Positions 1 to 10,664 of a stretch of DNA of 64,000 bases are shown piece after piece. The number at the start of each line of letters is the position of its first letter. The stretch's first letter is position 1. The notes below the pieces were generated by a model that saw only the letters and a program-made list of their open reading frames with translations, searched no databases and was not told the DNA's origin. Both the position numbers and the translations under genes were made by a program. Origin of the DNA: Alphaproteobacteria bacterium (GTDB taxonomy: Bacteria > Pseudomonadota > Alphaproteobacteria > GCA-2731375); NCBI GenBank assembly GCA_965225945.1, contig CBDDBZ010000036.1:64001-128000 (forward strand), in the 5' to 3' direction.

Positions 1-729
1 GAATTTGAGTTCGAAATGACAGCGAAAGCTGTCATAAATCGGCTCCGGATGCACGGCTCGGTGCCGCTTCCACCCTATATTCTCGCAACGCGCGTGGCCG
101 GCGATACTCGAGCCGCGGTTGAGACCGAGACGGTCGACGATACTCGCATAACGCGTCAGGTCGATGCGGCCGACGCGGCCGACTACCAGACCATGTTCGC
201 GGCCGCCGAGGGCGCCGTCGCCGCGCCGACGGCGGGGCTCCACTTCACCCCGGCCCTGGTTCGCCGGCTCAAAGCCCGCGCCATCGAGATCGTGCCGGTG
301 ACGCTCCACGTCGGGCCCGCCAGCTTCCTCCCCGTCACGGCGCAGGTGATCGACGCGCACCGCATGAGGGCGGAGCGCGCCCTCCTCTCCGAGGGCAGCG
401 CGGAGGCGCTGAACCGGGCCCGTGCCGAGGGCCGGCGGATCGTCGCGGTCGGCTCCACCAGCCTGCGGCTGATCGAGACCGCGTGCTCCGAGGACGGCCG
501 GGTGCGGCCCTTCGAGGGCCGGACGGCGCTCTTCATCCGGCCCGGATACCGCTTTAGAATCACCGATCTGATGGTGACCAACTTTCACCAGCCGCGCTCG
601 ACGCTCTTCATGCTGGTCGCCGCCTTCGCCGGCCTGGAGCGGATCCGGCGGGCCTATGGCCATGCGATCGCCAGCCACTATCGGTTCTATTCCTATGGCG
701 ACGCCTGCCTGCTGGAGCGCGCGCGGTGA
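1..729 (+). CDS. queA: S-adenosylmethionine:tRNA ribosyltransferase-isomerase, 5' part outside the window
   Basis: Frame open from base 1; motifs [46 protein letters not shown]; overlaps tgt. Confidence 0.95.
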   Translation, partial: EFEFEMTAKAVINRLRMHGSVPLPPYILATRVAGDTRAAVETETVDDTRITRQVDAADAADYQTMFAAAEGAVAAPTAGLHFTPALVRRLKARAIEIVPVTLHVGPASFLPVTAQVIDAHRMRAERALLSEGSAEALNRARAEGRRIVAVGSTSLRLIETACSEDGRVRPFEGRTALFIRPGYRFRITDLMVTNFHQPRSTLFMLVAAFAGLERIRRAYGHAIASHYRFYSYGDACLLERAR

Positions 730-1865
730 GCGGTAAGTTCGGCTTCCGCCTCGAGGCGCGCGCGGGCGCGGCGCGGGCCGGGCGCTTGCTCACCGGGCGG
801 GGCGAGATCCGGACGCCGGCCTTCATGGCCGTCGGCACGGCGGCGGCGGTCAAGGCGATGGCGCCCGAGGAGGTGGCGGCAACGGGCGCCGAGATCGTGC
901 TGGCCAACACCTACCATCTGATGCTGCGGCCCGGCGCGGGCCCAATCGAGCGGCTGGGCGGCCTGCATAAATTCATGAACTGGCCCAAGGCGATCCTGAC
1001 CGATTCGGGCGGTTTCCAGGTCATGTCGCTGGCCCCGCTCCGCGAGCTCGACGAGGCCGGCGTCACCTTCCGCTCGCACCTCGACGGCGCCCGCCACCGC
1101 TTGACGCCGGAGGGAAGCGTCGAACTCCAGCACCGGCTCGGCGCCGACATCACCATGGTGCTGGACGAGTGCACGGCCTTCCCCGCGAGCGAGGCGGAGG
1201 CGCGCGCTTCGATGGCGCGCTCGATGCGCTGGGCGCGGCGCGGCTGCGAGGCCTTCCGGCCCCGCCCCGGGCACGGCCTCTTCGCCATCGTCCAGGGCAG
1301 CGTCTACCCCGAGCTGCGCGTCGAGAGCGCGGCGCGGCTGGTCGCGCTCGGCTTCGACGGCTATGCGGTCGGCGGCCTGGCGGTGGGCGAGGGCCCGGAG
1401 AAGATGCTGGCGGTGCTCGAGGCGACGGTGCCGGCGCTGCCCGAGGACCGGCCGCGCTATCTGATGGGGGTGGGCAAGCCGGCCGACCTGGTGGCCGCGG
1501 TGCGGCTCGGCATCGACATGTTCGACTGCGTGCTGCCGACGCGCTCCGGGCGCACCGGCCAGGCCTTCACCCGGCGCGGCCCGATCAACCTCAGAAACGC
1601 CCGCCACGCGGAGGACCCGAGGCCGCTCGACGAGGCCTGCCGCTGTCCCGCCTGCCGCAACTATACCCGCGCGTACCTGCATCACCTGGTGCGCGGCCGC
1701 GAGATCCTCGCCGCCATGCTGCTGACGCGGCACAATCTGACCTACTACCAGGACCTGATGGCGGGCTTGCGCCGAGCGATCGGCGAAGACGAGTTGGAGG
1801 CCTTCGCCGCCGAATTTACCGCCGCCCAGGGGCAAGGCGACATTGCGCCGCTCGAGGCCGGCTGA
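726..1865 (+). CDS. tgt: tRNA-guanine transglycosylase
   Basis: [27 protein letters not shown], CxCxxC...H zinc site. Confidence 0.97.
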   Translation: MSGKFGFRLEARAGAARAGRLLTGRGEIRTPAFMAVGTAAAVKAMAPEEVAATGAEIVLANTYHLMLRPGAGPIERLGGLHKFMNWPKAILTDSGGFQVMSLAPLRELDEAGVTFRSHLDGARHRLTPEGSVELQHRLGADITMVLDECTAFPASEAEARASMARSMRWARRGCEAFRPRPGHGLFAIVQGSVYPELRVESAARLVALGFDGYAVGGLAVGEGPEKMLAVLEATVPALPEDRPRYLMGVGKPADLVAAVRLGIDMFDCVLPTRSGRTGQAFTRRGPINLRNARHAEDPRPLDEACRCPACRNYTRAYLHHLVRGREILAAMLLTRHNLTYYQDLMAGLRRAIGEDELEAFAAEFTAAQGQGDIAPLEAG

Positions 1866-2098
1866 AGGCGTCCTCCCACGCTTCCCCCTCCGAATTGTTG
1901 TGGTCGCGGCCCGCTCCCGTTTTATTTTTTCGCTTTTGAAGTGTACCGAAGGATCCTGCGGCTTCGCTTTTGGAGTGTGTCGAGGGGGCCCTCCGGCGTC
2001 GCTTCTCGAGGGTGTCGAGGGGCCTTCCGGCTTCGCTATTCGAGTCTGTCGAGGGGCCCTCCGGCATCGCAGAGGCGCCTTCATGAGGCATTCATTTT

Positions 2099-3123
2099 GG
2101 CTCAATTCGTGAATTGTATGCATTAGTGATAGAGTGCCTGGAACGTCAGGAGGTTGGGTTATGGACGGCAAGGGTTTCCAGGTGTGGCTTTCGGCGGCGC
2201 GCGGGCTGACGCGCGCGCAGCGGCGCGAGGCGCTCGCGGTGCTGTCGGGCCGGAGCGAGGGCGAGGCATCGAAGGCCGCGATCGAGCTTGGTGTGGACGA
2301 GGCCCGGCGCTGTCCGCACTGCGCGAGCGAAGGGGCGGTTTCGCGCGGTATGGCGCGGGGTCTGCGGCGCTACCAGTGCAAGGGCTGCGGCAGGACCTTC
2401 AACGCGCTGAGCGGTACGCCGCTGTCGGGCTTGCACCACAAGGAACGCTGGCTGTCGTTCGGGGCGTCGCTGGCGAAGGGGGAGACGGTGAAGGCCTCGG
2501 CGGCGCGCTGCGACGTGGCGGTGAGCACGGCGTTCCGCTGGCGTCACCGGTTTCTGGCGGCGGCGCGGAGCGATTCGGAGGTGCTCAAGGGGATCGTGGA
2601 AGCGGACGAGACCTACGTCCTGGAGAGCCGGAAGGGCGCGCGCGGGCTGGGGCGCAAGGCACGGCGGCGGGGCGGCAAGGCGAAGAAGCGCGGCCTCTCG
2701 CGCGAGCAGGTACCGGTTCTCATGGCGGCGGACCGGAGCGGAACGACGGTCAGCGCGGTGCTGCCCAGGGTCGATGCGGCGGCGCTCACGGCTGCCCTCG
2801 ACCCGGTGGTCGCGAAGGACGCCCTGCTGGTCTCCGACGGCGGCGCGAGCTACCCACCGTGCGCCGCCGCGCTCGGGGTGAGCCACGAAGCACTCAACCG
2901 CTCGATGGGGGAACGGGTTCGGGGCGATCTGCATGTGCAGACGGTGAACAGCCGCCACAGCCGGTTGAAGGACTTCCTGCGTCCCCGCCGCGGCATCGCC
3001 ACCCGCTATCTGGACAACTACCTGAGCTGGTTCCACCTCGTCGGCCTCGCCCCCGGCGCCAATGACCGAGCCTGCCTCGCCGCCGCCGTAACAAGGTGAC
3101 GCATATAATTCACGAATTGAGCC
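2099..3123 (+). mobile_element. IS1595-family element, copy 1 of 5 (1025 bp)
   Basis: TIR GGCTCAATTCGTGAATT; 8-bp TSD TTCATTTT at 2091-2098 and 3124-3131. Confidence 0.95.
2161..3099 (+). CDS. IS1595-family transposase
   Basis: CPHC/CKGC zinc ribbon, VEADETY, LVSDG, H-x-QTVNSRH; ATG after AGGAGG (ORF track starts at 2134). Confidence 0.93.
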   Translation: MDGKGFQVWLSAARGLTRAQRREALAVLSGRSEGEASKAAIELGVDEARRCPHCASEGAVSRGMARGLRRYQCKGCGRTFNALSGTPLSGLHHKERWLSFGASLAKGETVKASAARCDVAVSTAFRWRHRFLAAARSDSEVLKGIVEADETYVLESRKGARGLGRKARRRGGKAKKRGLSREQVPVLMAADRSGTTVSAVLPRVDAAALTAALDPVVAKDALLVSDGGASYPPCAAALGVSHEALNRSMGERVRGDLHVQTVNSRHSRLKDFLRPRRGIATRYLDNYLSWFHLVGLAPGANDRACLAAAVTR

Positions 3124-3352
3124 TTCATTTTCGCCCGAAAATGAATGCATTTCCGCCCAAATGAATGCTTTCGCTTTGCTCGGGGCCCAAAATGAGGTCC
3201 TACGCGATGCCGTGATGGTTGCATAGACAGATGCCGCGACTTCGCTCGGGGCCCGAAATGAGGTCCTAGGCGATGGGTTTCCCGCGGCGCCGGGAGGGCC
3301 GGTCCCGGTCTCGTCGGCGGAGCGAAGGCGTCCGCTCGGTCGTGGCCGTGGT

Positions 3353-3394
3353 CCGCCCTTCATCCCGTGGTGGCCCCCACGGGATGAAGGGCGG
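3353..3394. repeat. Perfect 18-bp hairpin (REP-like or terminator-like)
   Basis: CCGCCCTTCATCCCGTGG-tggccc-CCACGGGATGAAGGGCGG. Confidence 0.6.
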
Positions 3395-3532
3395 TTGGTG
3401 GCCTCGATGCCCGGCGCTGTGGAACGGCGTGCAAAGTTGACCCCTGTTGAGGGGTGATCGGCGTCCAAATTTGACCCCCTGAGCCTGGCTAGTCCAAGTC
3501 ACCTCGTTTTTGGGCGGACGAGGTGGTGGGGG

Positions 3533-5044
3533 ATGTTGGTCGTGGAGACGATAGCGCGGATCCGGCGGGAGTATTTCGTCAAGGGGAAGCCGATCAAGGA
3601 GATCGTGCGGGACGTGAAGGTCTCGGGCAACACGGTGCGCAAGGTGATCCGTTCGCAGGCGACGGCGTTCACCTACGACCGGCGGGTCCAGCCGATGCCG
3701 AAGCTGGGGCCGTGGACGGCCGAGCTGGAGCGGATGCTGGAGGCCAACGAGACCAAGTCGAAGCGGGAGCGGCTGACGCTGCTACGGATCTCCGAAGCCC
3801 TCGAGGGTCTGGGCTATGGCGGCGGCTACGACGCGGTGCGGCGCTACGCCAAGGCGTGGCGGTGGCGCCGTTCGGCATCGACGGCGCAGACCTATGTGCC
3901 GTTGGTGTTCTCGCCGGGCGAGGCCTATCAGTTCGACTGGAGCCACGAGTACGTGGTGCTGGCGGGGGTGACGACCAAGGTCAAGGTCGCGCACGTCCGG
4001 CTGTGCCACAGCCGAATGTTCTTCGTCCGCGCTTATCCGCGCGAGAGCCAGGAGATGGTGTTCGACGCCCACGACCGGGCATTCCGGCTGTTCCAGGGTG
4101 CCTGCCGGCGAGGCATCTACGACAACATGAAGACGGCGGTGCAGACCGTCCTCATCGGCAAGGAGCGCGCGTTCAACCGGCGCTTCGTGCAGATGTGTGG
4201 CCACTACCTGGTCGAACCGACAGCATGCACGCCGGGAGCGGGATGGGAGAAGGGGCAGGTCGAGAACCAGGTCGGGATCATCCGCGGTCGGTTCTTCACC
4301 CCGCGGCTGCGCTTCAAGACCTACGACGAGCTCAACGCCTGGCTCTTGGACCAGTGCGTCGCCTACGCCCGGCGTCATCCCCACCCGGTGTTCAAGGACA
4401 GGACTGTCTGGCAGGTGTTCGAGGACGAGCGTCCGTCCCTGGTCGGCTATCGCGGGCCGTTCGACGGCTTCCACGCGGTCCCGGCGTCGGTGTCGAAGAC
4501 CTGCCTGGTGCGCTTCGACAGCAACAAGTACAGCGTGGCGGCGCGCGCCGTCGGCCGTCCGGTCGAGGTCCATGCCTACGCCGATCGCATCGTCATCCGC
4601 CAGGACGGCGAGATCGTCGCCGAGCATGCCCGGCGCTTCGGCCGCGACCAGACCGTCTATGACCCGTGGCACTACGTGCCCGTGCTGGCGAGGAAGCCCG
4701 GTGCGCTTCGTAACGGCGCGCCGTTCAAGGACTGGGCGCTGCCCGGCGCCCTGGGTCGCGTGCGCGTCCGGCTCGCCGGCCACGACGACGGCGACAGGCA
4801 GATGGTCGAGATCCTCACCGCCGTGCTGGCGGATGGGCTGGCGGCGGTGGAGGCCGCCTGTGCCGAGGCGCTCGCTGGCGGCGTGTGCAGCGCCGACGTC
4901 GTGCTCAACATCCTCAATCGTCGGCGCCAGCCGTCCGAGACGGCGCCGATCCCGACGCCCGCGAACCTGCGTCTTCGCTTTGAGCCGGTGGCCGATTGCA
5001 CCCGCTACGACCGCTTGAGGGGGGTCGGCCATGGAGCGCCATGA
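3533..5044 (+). CDS. istA: IS21 transposase
   Basis: [30 protein letters not shown] motifs. Confidence 0.95.
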   Translation: MLVVETIARIRREYFVKGKPIKEIVRDVKVSGNTVRKVIRSQATAFTYDRRVQPMPKLGPWTAELERMLEANETKSKRERLTLLRISEALEGLGYGGGYDAVRRYAKAWRWRRSASTAQTYVPLVFSPGEAYQFDWSHEYVVLAGVTTKVKVAHVRLCHSRMFFVRAYPRESQEMVFDAHDRAFRLFQGACRRGIYDNMKTAVQTVLIGKERAFNRRFVQMCGHYLVEPTACTPGAGWEKGQVENQVGIIRGRFFTPRLRFKTYDELNAWLLDQCVAYARRHPHPVFKDRTVWQVFEDERPSLVGYRGPFDGFHAVPASVSKTCLVRFDSNKYSVAARAVGRPVEVHAYADRIVIRQDGEIVAEHARRFGRDQTVYDPWHYVPVLARKPGALRNGAPFKDWALPGALGRVRVRLAGHDDGDRQMVEILTAVLADGLAAVEAACAEALAGGVCSADVVLNILNRRRQPSETAPIPTPANLRLRFEPVADCTRYDRLRGVGHGAP

Positions 5045-5759
5045 GGTCCTGGAGATGATGGCCGCACTCAAGCTCGCCGGCATGCGCGACGCGTTCGACG
5101 AGGTGCTCGCCGACGGCCTCAAGCGCCAGCATCCGATGCAGCGAATCATCGGCGAGCTGTTGAAGGCCGAGATCGCCGACAAGCAGGCGCGATCCATCAA
5201 GTACCAGATGAGTGGCGCCAAGCTGCCGCTGGCCAAGGAGCTGGCCGACTTCGACTTCACCGACACCCCGGTCAACGAGCCGCTGGTCCGCGAGTTGGCG
5301 GTCGGCGGCTTCCTGGCCAACCAGCGCAACGCCGTGCTGATCGGCGGCACCGGCACCGGCAAGAGCCATCTCGCCGTCGCCATCGCGCGGGCCTGCATCC
5401 GCGATGGCGCCCGGGGCCGCTTCTTCAACGTCGTCGACCTGGTCAACCGGCTCGAGGCCGAAGCCCGCGCCGGCCGCCAGGGCCGGCTCGCCGATCAGCT
5501 GGCCCGGCGCGACCTCGTCATCCTCGACGAGCTCGGCTACCTGCCCTTCGCCCAAACCGGAGGCCAGCTGCTGTTCCACCTCGTCAGCCGGCTCTACGAG
5601 CGCACCTCGATCATCGTCACCACCAACCTGACCTTCGGCGAATGGCCGTCCGTCTTCGGCGACGCCAAGATGACCACCGCGCTCCTCGATCGTCTGACGC
5701 ACCACTGCGAGATCATCGAGACCGGAAACGACTCCTGGCGCTTCAAGAATCGGTCCTAA
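5031..5759 (+). CDS. istB: IS21 helper ATPase
   Basis: GGTGTGKSH Walker [18 protein letters not shown]. Confidence 0.95.
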   Translation: MERHEVLEMMAALKLAGMRDAFDEVLADGLKRQHPMQRIIGELLKAEIADKQARSIKYQMSGAKLPLAKELADFDFTDTPVNEPLVRELAVGGFLANQRNAVLIGGTGTGKSHLAVAIARACIRDGARGRFFNVVDLVNRLEAEARAGRQGRLADQLARRDLVILDELGYLPFAQTGGQLLFHLVSRLYERTSIIVTTNLTFGEWPSVFGDAKMTTALLDRLTHHCEIIETGNDSWRFKNRS

Positions 5760-5962
5760 AGGCAACCGATCCACCTGCGGCCCGGTCGCCCAGGTGGGCC
5801 CACAGGAACCTCCCACGCGCGGTCCGCCGCCAGCCGCGTGGTGGGCGCGTCGGCCCGCGCGCGGGCCCCTCCTATGGACTACCTGTACGACCTCCGCCGT
5901 GCATCCCCAAAGGGGTCAACATTGCACGCCGATAGGGGGTCAATGTTCAACGCCGATTGACA

Positions 5963-6467
5963 GGCCGTGAAGAGCGTCACCGGTATTAAGGGGCGCGCTC
6001 TCCGCAGCCGGCGGGACTTTCCTGGCAACATCGACCTCCCGACATGCTCGGGCAACCTCCTGCCGGACCCTCTCGCCTTCACCGGATTCGATGCGGTCCA
6101 GAGCTATCGTGGCCGCTTCCTCCGGCGCCGCCGAGACGGCCGCCATATCGTTGGCGAGCGCCTTCATGGTATCCCTGAAGCTCAGATGCGCAACGCGTTG
6201 CGCTTTCTCGGGGTCGAGTTTCGGCATCTCCCGAGCCAGCCTCATGTAGGCCTGGGCGGTGCGTTTGGAAAACGAGCAGTTGGCTTCGAGCCAGGGCAGC
6301 CATCCGCTATGTGGCGCTGCGCCCTTCGCTTCGATCAGCAGCTCGCCAGCTTTCAGGGCATGGCCCATGGCCGTCTTGAACGCGCCTTCGACACATTCGT
6401 GCTCTTCGTTGATCTTCTGCGCCAAGTCGTCCAGGACCGGCGCCACGTTGCTCGTATCCATCGTCAT
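5963..6467 (-). pseudogene. DUF3102-like phage protein, 3' end cut by IS21
   Basis: AGELLIEAK..HSGWLPWLEANCSFSKRTAQAYMRLA signature; frame runs into the IS21 end. Confidence 0.7.
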
Positions 6468-6607
6468 CTTCCTCCTCGCGCTGTCGCCTCGCCAGCAGGG
6501 ACCCCGTGGGAATGCCAGCGGGCGCAGTTCGGGCACCAGACGCGGCAGGTGGTGGTGCCCGTCGGGAACGCCAGGAGCTTTGGGCCCGTGATCTTCGGCT
6601 TGCGCAT
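6464..6607 (-). CDS. Small zinc-ribbon-like phage protein (47 aa)
   Basis: VWCPNCARWHSHG; AGGAG RBS; ATGA overlap with the DUF3102 gene. Confidence 0.5.
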   Translation of the reverse strand: MRKPKITGPKLLAFPTGTTTCRVWCPNCARWHSHGVPAGEATARGGR

Positions 6608-7494
6608 CGATCGTCTCCTTTCGTGGTGGTGGTGGAACCCTTCCAATAGGGTTTCGGAAGGGTTTTCGAGCGGCGCCAAAAATTTCGGGCCTCCCTTTTC
6701 CTCTCGATGTCAGCGCGGCCCTTTCTAGGGACCGCACCGCTATCAGTACTTGCCGATGATGCGGCCGCCGCACTTCTTGCACGTCATATCCGTCTCCTTT
6801 CGTGTGGTGGTGGAGCCTTCGTATGAGCAATATCTAATGGTGGCCAATTATATGAGGAATTGCTTATTATCTGTGGTCTTTCCTTCCAGGAGCATCGTCG
6901 ATCGTTCGTCGAGCGCTCGGCGTGGTGTCGGCTCGGGTTCGCTGCCGCCCGGCGGTTCCGGCTTGAAAGCCGACGTCGCTTCGCGTCGTTGATGCAGTTG
7001 ATGATGGCTACCAAACCCCCATGGGAACCAGAGCCCGAGAAGGGTTGCAGGCAGAGCTTCGCCAAGCGCTGGCGAAGCCCGCCGTCTCCAGTTCATGGGA
7101 ACCGTCACCGTCGTGAGGGAGACTGTGCGTCGGCGGACTGACGAAACCTCTATCGAGGGAGGCCGGGGTCAGGCTGTCGGCCTTTACTCGCGCTTCATCT
7201 GGCGCGGCGACGTGCTCACGGCACGCTTTAGCTACCTTGCCAGTCCGCCGGCTCGGTAGCCTGCTGAGGGTCGGAGCAATCCGTTGCCCTCTCCTGGTGA
7301 TCAGTTGCCGCCGAGGCGGGTCCGTCTCACCTTGATGCGGATGCCCTTCCGCTTGCGATCCGAGTGCTCACCGTTATGCCACGTACGGCCGATGGCTCGG
7401 AGCCCACAGGGGGCTGGCTATTTTCGGCCAAGGCGTTGGCCTCGAAGTTGATCACGTTGCAGGAACCCCTACGTCGTTTTGCCGGACGTGCCGG

Positions 7495-7734
7495 TTAGGG
7501 CACGCTTCCGTTGCGCCGGAGCTTCTTCATCCGGTATTTGACTTGGTTGTAGCCGTGCTCGGTCTTCTCCACCGGCTCCGGCAAGCGCGGGTCGGTCATC
7601 AGGTAGAAGATGTGGCGAACGCTCTGCGGGTGGTAGTCGACCAGGGCGGACACGATCTGCGAATCAAGCTGGGCGATCGCGGCCTGGGTCCGGCGCTTGC
7701 GGCGTTTATCACCCCCGGTGGTTAAACGGCTCAA
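7495..7734 (-). pseudogene. N-terminal fragment of a phage/MGE protein
   Basis: SVRHIFY...EKTEHGY..V...RRNG.VP resembles the start of longer phage/MGE proteins; lies directly after the xis-like gene. Confidence 0.4.
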
Positions 7735-7738
7735 GGTG

Positions 7739-7930
7739 TCACGCCTCGCCGCTCGTCAGGCGATCGAAATACGCGCGAAGACGCCGCCTCGATCCGACCC
7801 ATTTGGAGCCGACCTTGCCGGCCGGGATCTGCCCTCTTTCGAGCATATGATATGCCGTCCTGACGGGCACGCCAATCTCGTCGGCAATAGCTTGGGCGCC
7901 GTCCAGTAGATCGTCTGCGAGTCAGTCCAT
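7739..7930 (-). pseudogene. Excisionase/AlpA-like HTH protein with stop at codon 3
   Basis: MD*LADDLLDGAQAIADEIGVPVRTAYHMLERGQIPAGKVGSKWVGSRRRL; RBS AAGGA; not in ORF track. Confidence 0.7.
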
Positions 7931-7983
7931 TGTAGTTCCTTTCACGATAAGAGCCGTTTTCCCTTTTAAGACTCAAAAAAATT

Positions 7984-9013
7984 CCTGATTACGCACTTAA
8001 CTCAGCTGGATTGATGTGGTACAAATCGTGAACAAATGGCGGTTTTTCTGGGGGTTCACAATGCCACGCAACAAGGTTCAGTTCCAGAAGGGGCTCTGCG
8101 AGCCGCGTTTTCGTGAGTTGTACGGTAGCGAGGAGCAGTGTCGCGAGGCCCTGTTCCGCTGGCGCTGGCCGGAGGGGTTCGCCTGCCCCCGATGTGGCGC
8201 CACGCGCCATTGCGAGATCGCCGGGCGAAAACTCTACCAATGCGCCGCCTGCCGTCATCAAGTTTCGCTGACCGCCGGCACGCTCTTCCACGCGACCAAG
8301 CTGGCGCTGACCCTGTGGTTCTCGGCGATCTATCACATGACCCAATCGAAGAAGGGGATCTCCTCCCTCGAACTCGGCCGGCGGCTCGGCGTCACCCAGA
8401 CCACGGCCTGGAAGATCAAGCAGAAACTGATGCAATCCATGCTCGAGCGCGATGCCAAATTGCCGCTCACCGGGCGGGTGGAGATGGACGATGCCTACCT
8501 CGGCGGCCGGCGTTCCGGGGCCAAGCGCGGCCGAGGCGCGCCGGGCAAGACGCCGTTCGTCGCCGCCGTCCAGACCACGGCGGAGGGCCAGCCCGTGCGC
8601 ATCAAGCTCCGCCGCGTCAAGGGCTTCCGCAAGAGCGAGATCGCCAAGATGGCCAAGCGCGACCTGAGCCCTGGGGCGAGCGTTTTCAGCGACGGGCTCA
8701 ACTGCTTCACCGCCGTCACCACGCGGGGCTGTGCGCATCATCCGATATCCACCGGCTCCGGACCCGGGGCCGTCGCCGTGCCCGCCTTCAAATGGGTCAA
8801 CACCACCCTCGGCAACCTCAAAAACACCCTGCGCGGTACCTACCATGCGATCCGACCCAAGCATGTGCCGCGCTAACTGGCGGCGTTCCAGTACCGATAC
8901 AACCGCCGCTACCGGCTCGCCGACATGATCGAAGCCCTCGGCCGCGATGCCCTGCGCACGCCGCCCATGCCATATCGGCTCCTGAAATTGGCTGAGGTTA
9001 GTGCGTAATCAGG
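7984..9013 (+). mobile_element. IS1595-family element (second type, 1030 bp)
   Basis: TIR CCTGATTACGCACT; TSD AAAAAATT at 7976-7983 and 9014-9021. Confidence 0.93.
8061..9008 (+). pseudogene. IS1595 transposase with in-frame TAA at 8874-8876
   Basis: RWPEGFACPRC, VEMDDAYLGG; frame continues LAAFQYRYNRR after the stop. Confidence 0.85.
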
Positions 9014-9021
9014 AAAAAATT

Positions 9022-9525
9022 TCACTCGCGAACGCCGTCAAGAATCCGAGTCAGATTGAGGCGAAGCGACCATCGCGCGGTATCCGGGGCGTGACTGACG
9101 CCGCCCTCGTCCCAGCCGACGACTAGGACATCGTCACGGCCCGAGGGGCCTCGGGCGCCCGGCTCGAAGACCTCAAGCCAGATCGTGCGCTCGGTTTCGA
9201 GGGCCATGTCGATGTAACTCGTCTCCCGATCGTCCCTGGCCGCTTGCCACTCGTTCGCCCGAAGGCCCGACATGAAGAGGGCCATTGCGCCGACCGTCAT
9301 TCCGCGCCGGGACAATTCATGCAGGATCGCCGCCTTGTGAGTCTCGGCCTGCGCGTAGGTCCGCCAGCGGCCCGTCCCCGAATGGATCGCGCCCTCGGGC
9401 CGGAGTAGGCGCTCGCGCGTCCAGTATCGGATTTGCTCGGCAAGCCGCTTGATCTCGGCCGGGTCGCCATCGCGGCAGATGCGGCGAGCGATCCCGGTCA
9501 CGGTATTCGACGTATCGCGCGGCAT
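9022..9525 (-). CDS. MerR-like HTH regulator of the tRNA-linked island
   Basis: IRYWTRERLLRP...GTGRWRTY; AGGAGG RBS. Confidence 0.6.
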   Translation of the reverse strand: MPRDTSNTVTGIARRICRDGDPAEIKRLAEQIRYWTRERLLRPEGAIHSGTGRWRTYAQAETHKAAILHELSRRGMTVGAMALFMSGLRANEWQAARDDRETSYIDMALETERTIWLEVFEPGARGPSGRDDVLVVGWDEGGVSHAPDTARWSLRLNLTRILDGVRE

Positions 9526-9630
9526 TGCAAGCGCCTCCTGTGAGTCGCCATAAATAATAGAGGCTGTTTTCCCCTTTGTAAGCACTCCGTCGATCGGCGG
9601 GCGGTGGATCAGGTCCGCGAAGACCCCCGC

Positions 9631-9714
9631 CATGTCGCAGTCATGTCGCAGGGAGTACATCGGAGCCGTTTGGAATCAGCGGAAATCTGCGGTATTTTTA
9701 GCGACCATGTCGCA
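9631..9714. promoter_or_regulatory. Putative integrase arm-type sites (CATGTCGCA x3)
   Basis: Direct repeats at 9631, 9642 and 9706, just downstream of the tRNA 3' end. Confidence 0.5.
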
Positions 9715-9767
9715 AGCGATTCGCCATAAAAAAACCGCCCGAAGGCGGCTAAGTCATTGCTTTTATT

Positions 9768-9844
9768 TGGTAGCGGGGGAGGGACTTGAACCCCCGACAC
9801 GCGGATTATGATTCCGCTGCTCTAACCAGCTGAGCTACCCCGCC
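9768..9844 (-). tRNA. tRNA-Met (CAT), probably elongator
   Basis: GGCGGGGTAGCTCAGCTGGTTAGAGC...GAATCATAATCC...GGTTCAAGTCC...CTACCA, 77 nt. Confidence 0.96.
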
Positions 9845-10272
9845 ACACCAAGGCGCGCCATCGGGACGCCGCGCCCGTCTCGCCTCGGCCAGCGCCGCGT
9901 GACAGGCGGTCGCATAACGGAATTCACGCGCAGAGGCAAGAGGGCGGCGGGGGCGATTCGATCCTTCGACGCCACGCCGGAGGTCGGCGGCGGCCGCGCC
10001 TCGTGGATCTCATGGACCTCGTCGTGGCGCGGATGGCCCGGCTCGTGTGCCGATCGGCGGCCCTGGATCATCTCGAAATCGTGCGCCCGCGCCATATCGG
10101 TGACACTGGCGCCGTCGCTCATGGTGGCTTCCTCCCGCTCGCGCGAGGCCATGGACGCGGGCGCCCTCGAGCGAGGCGTATATCTCGGCTCGCGCTCGAC
10201 GTGCCTCGGGCGATAGGATACGCGGCGCCGAGATTCGCCCCGCGCGTGCCGGCGTCACTGGGGGAGTGCGTG

Positions 10273-10615
10273 ATGCGTTGGATATTGCCGTGGCTTCTCG
10301 TCTTGATTCTCAGCCCTTCGGTGGCGGCCCAGGACCAGGAGACCGGGTATCACGCCTACATGCGGGGCCATTATGAAACCGCGCGGGCGAATTTCGCCCC
10401 GCTCGCCGAGCGGGGCGATCGCAACTCGCAGATCTTTATCGCCATCATCCACTTCCGGGGCTATGGCGTGCCGCCGCGATGCGGTCGAGGGCCTGAAATG
10501 GGCGACGCTGGCCAATCACAAGCGCACGCGCGAGACCATGCTGGCCGTGATGACAGGCGCGGAGATTGCGGAGGCGCGCCGCCGCGCGCGGGAATGGGAG
10601 GCGCGACGCCGGTGA
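10273..10615 (+). pseudogene. Secreted Sel1-like repeat protein, +1 frameshift near 10473
   Basis: Signal peptide, LAERGD..SQ..G.GVP in one frame and RDAVEGLKWATLA...AEARRRAREW in another. Confidence 0.7.
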
Positions 10616-10664
10616 CCGCCGCCGCCGAGCCACGCGCGAGCCGCGTCCGCGATCGCCGCGCATC

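Larger units (their letters stand above)
1902..3314. repeat. Modular dispersed non-coding repeat, copy A (interrupted by IS1595 at 2099-3123)
   Basis: Shares ordered blocks with 17547-17784: GGTCGCGGCCCGC+T-run, ~34-bp TGTCGAGGGGCCCTCCrGCTTCGC units, CGCCCGAAAATGAATGC, CTTCGCTCGGrGCC, GGGTTTCCCGCGGCGCCGGGAGGGCCGGTC. Confidence 0.8.
3418..5962 (+). mobile_element. IS21-family element
   Basis: TGT...ACA ends with reiterated TTGACCCC subterminal motifs; istA-istB; no matching TSD. Confidence 0.92.

Noticed and set aside
1940-2070. 34-bp units as a degenerate CRISPR
   Set aside because: Repeats abut one another without spacers
6660-6740. Phage cos/pac-like sequence
   Set aside because: Only a vague resemblance and no terminase nearby
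7000-7020. GCTACCAAA as the second att site of the tRNA island
   Set aside because: Too short and in the wrong orientation
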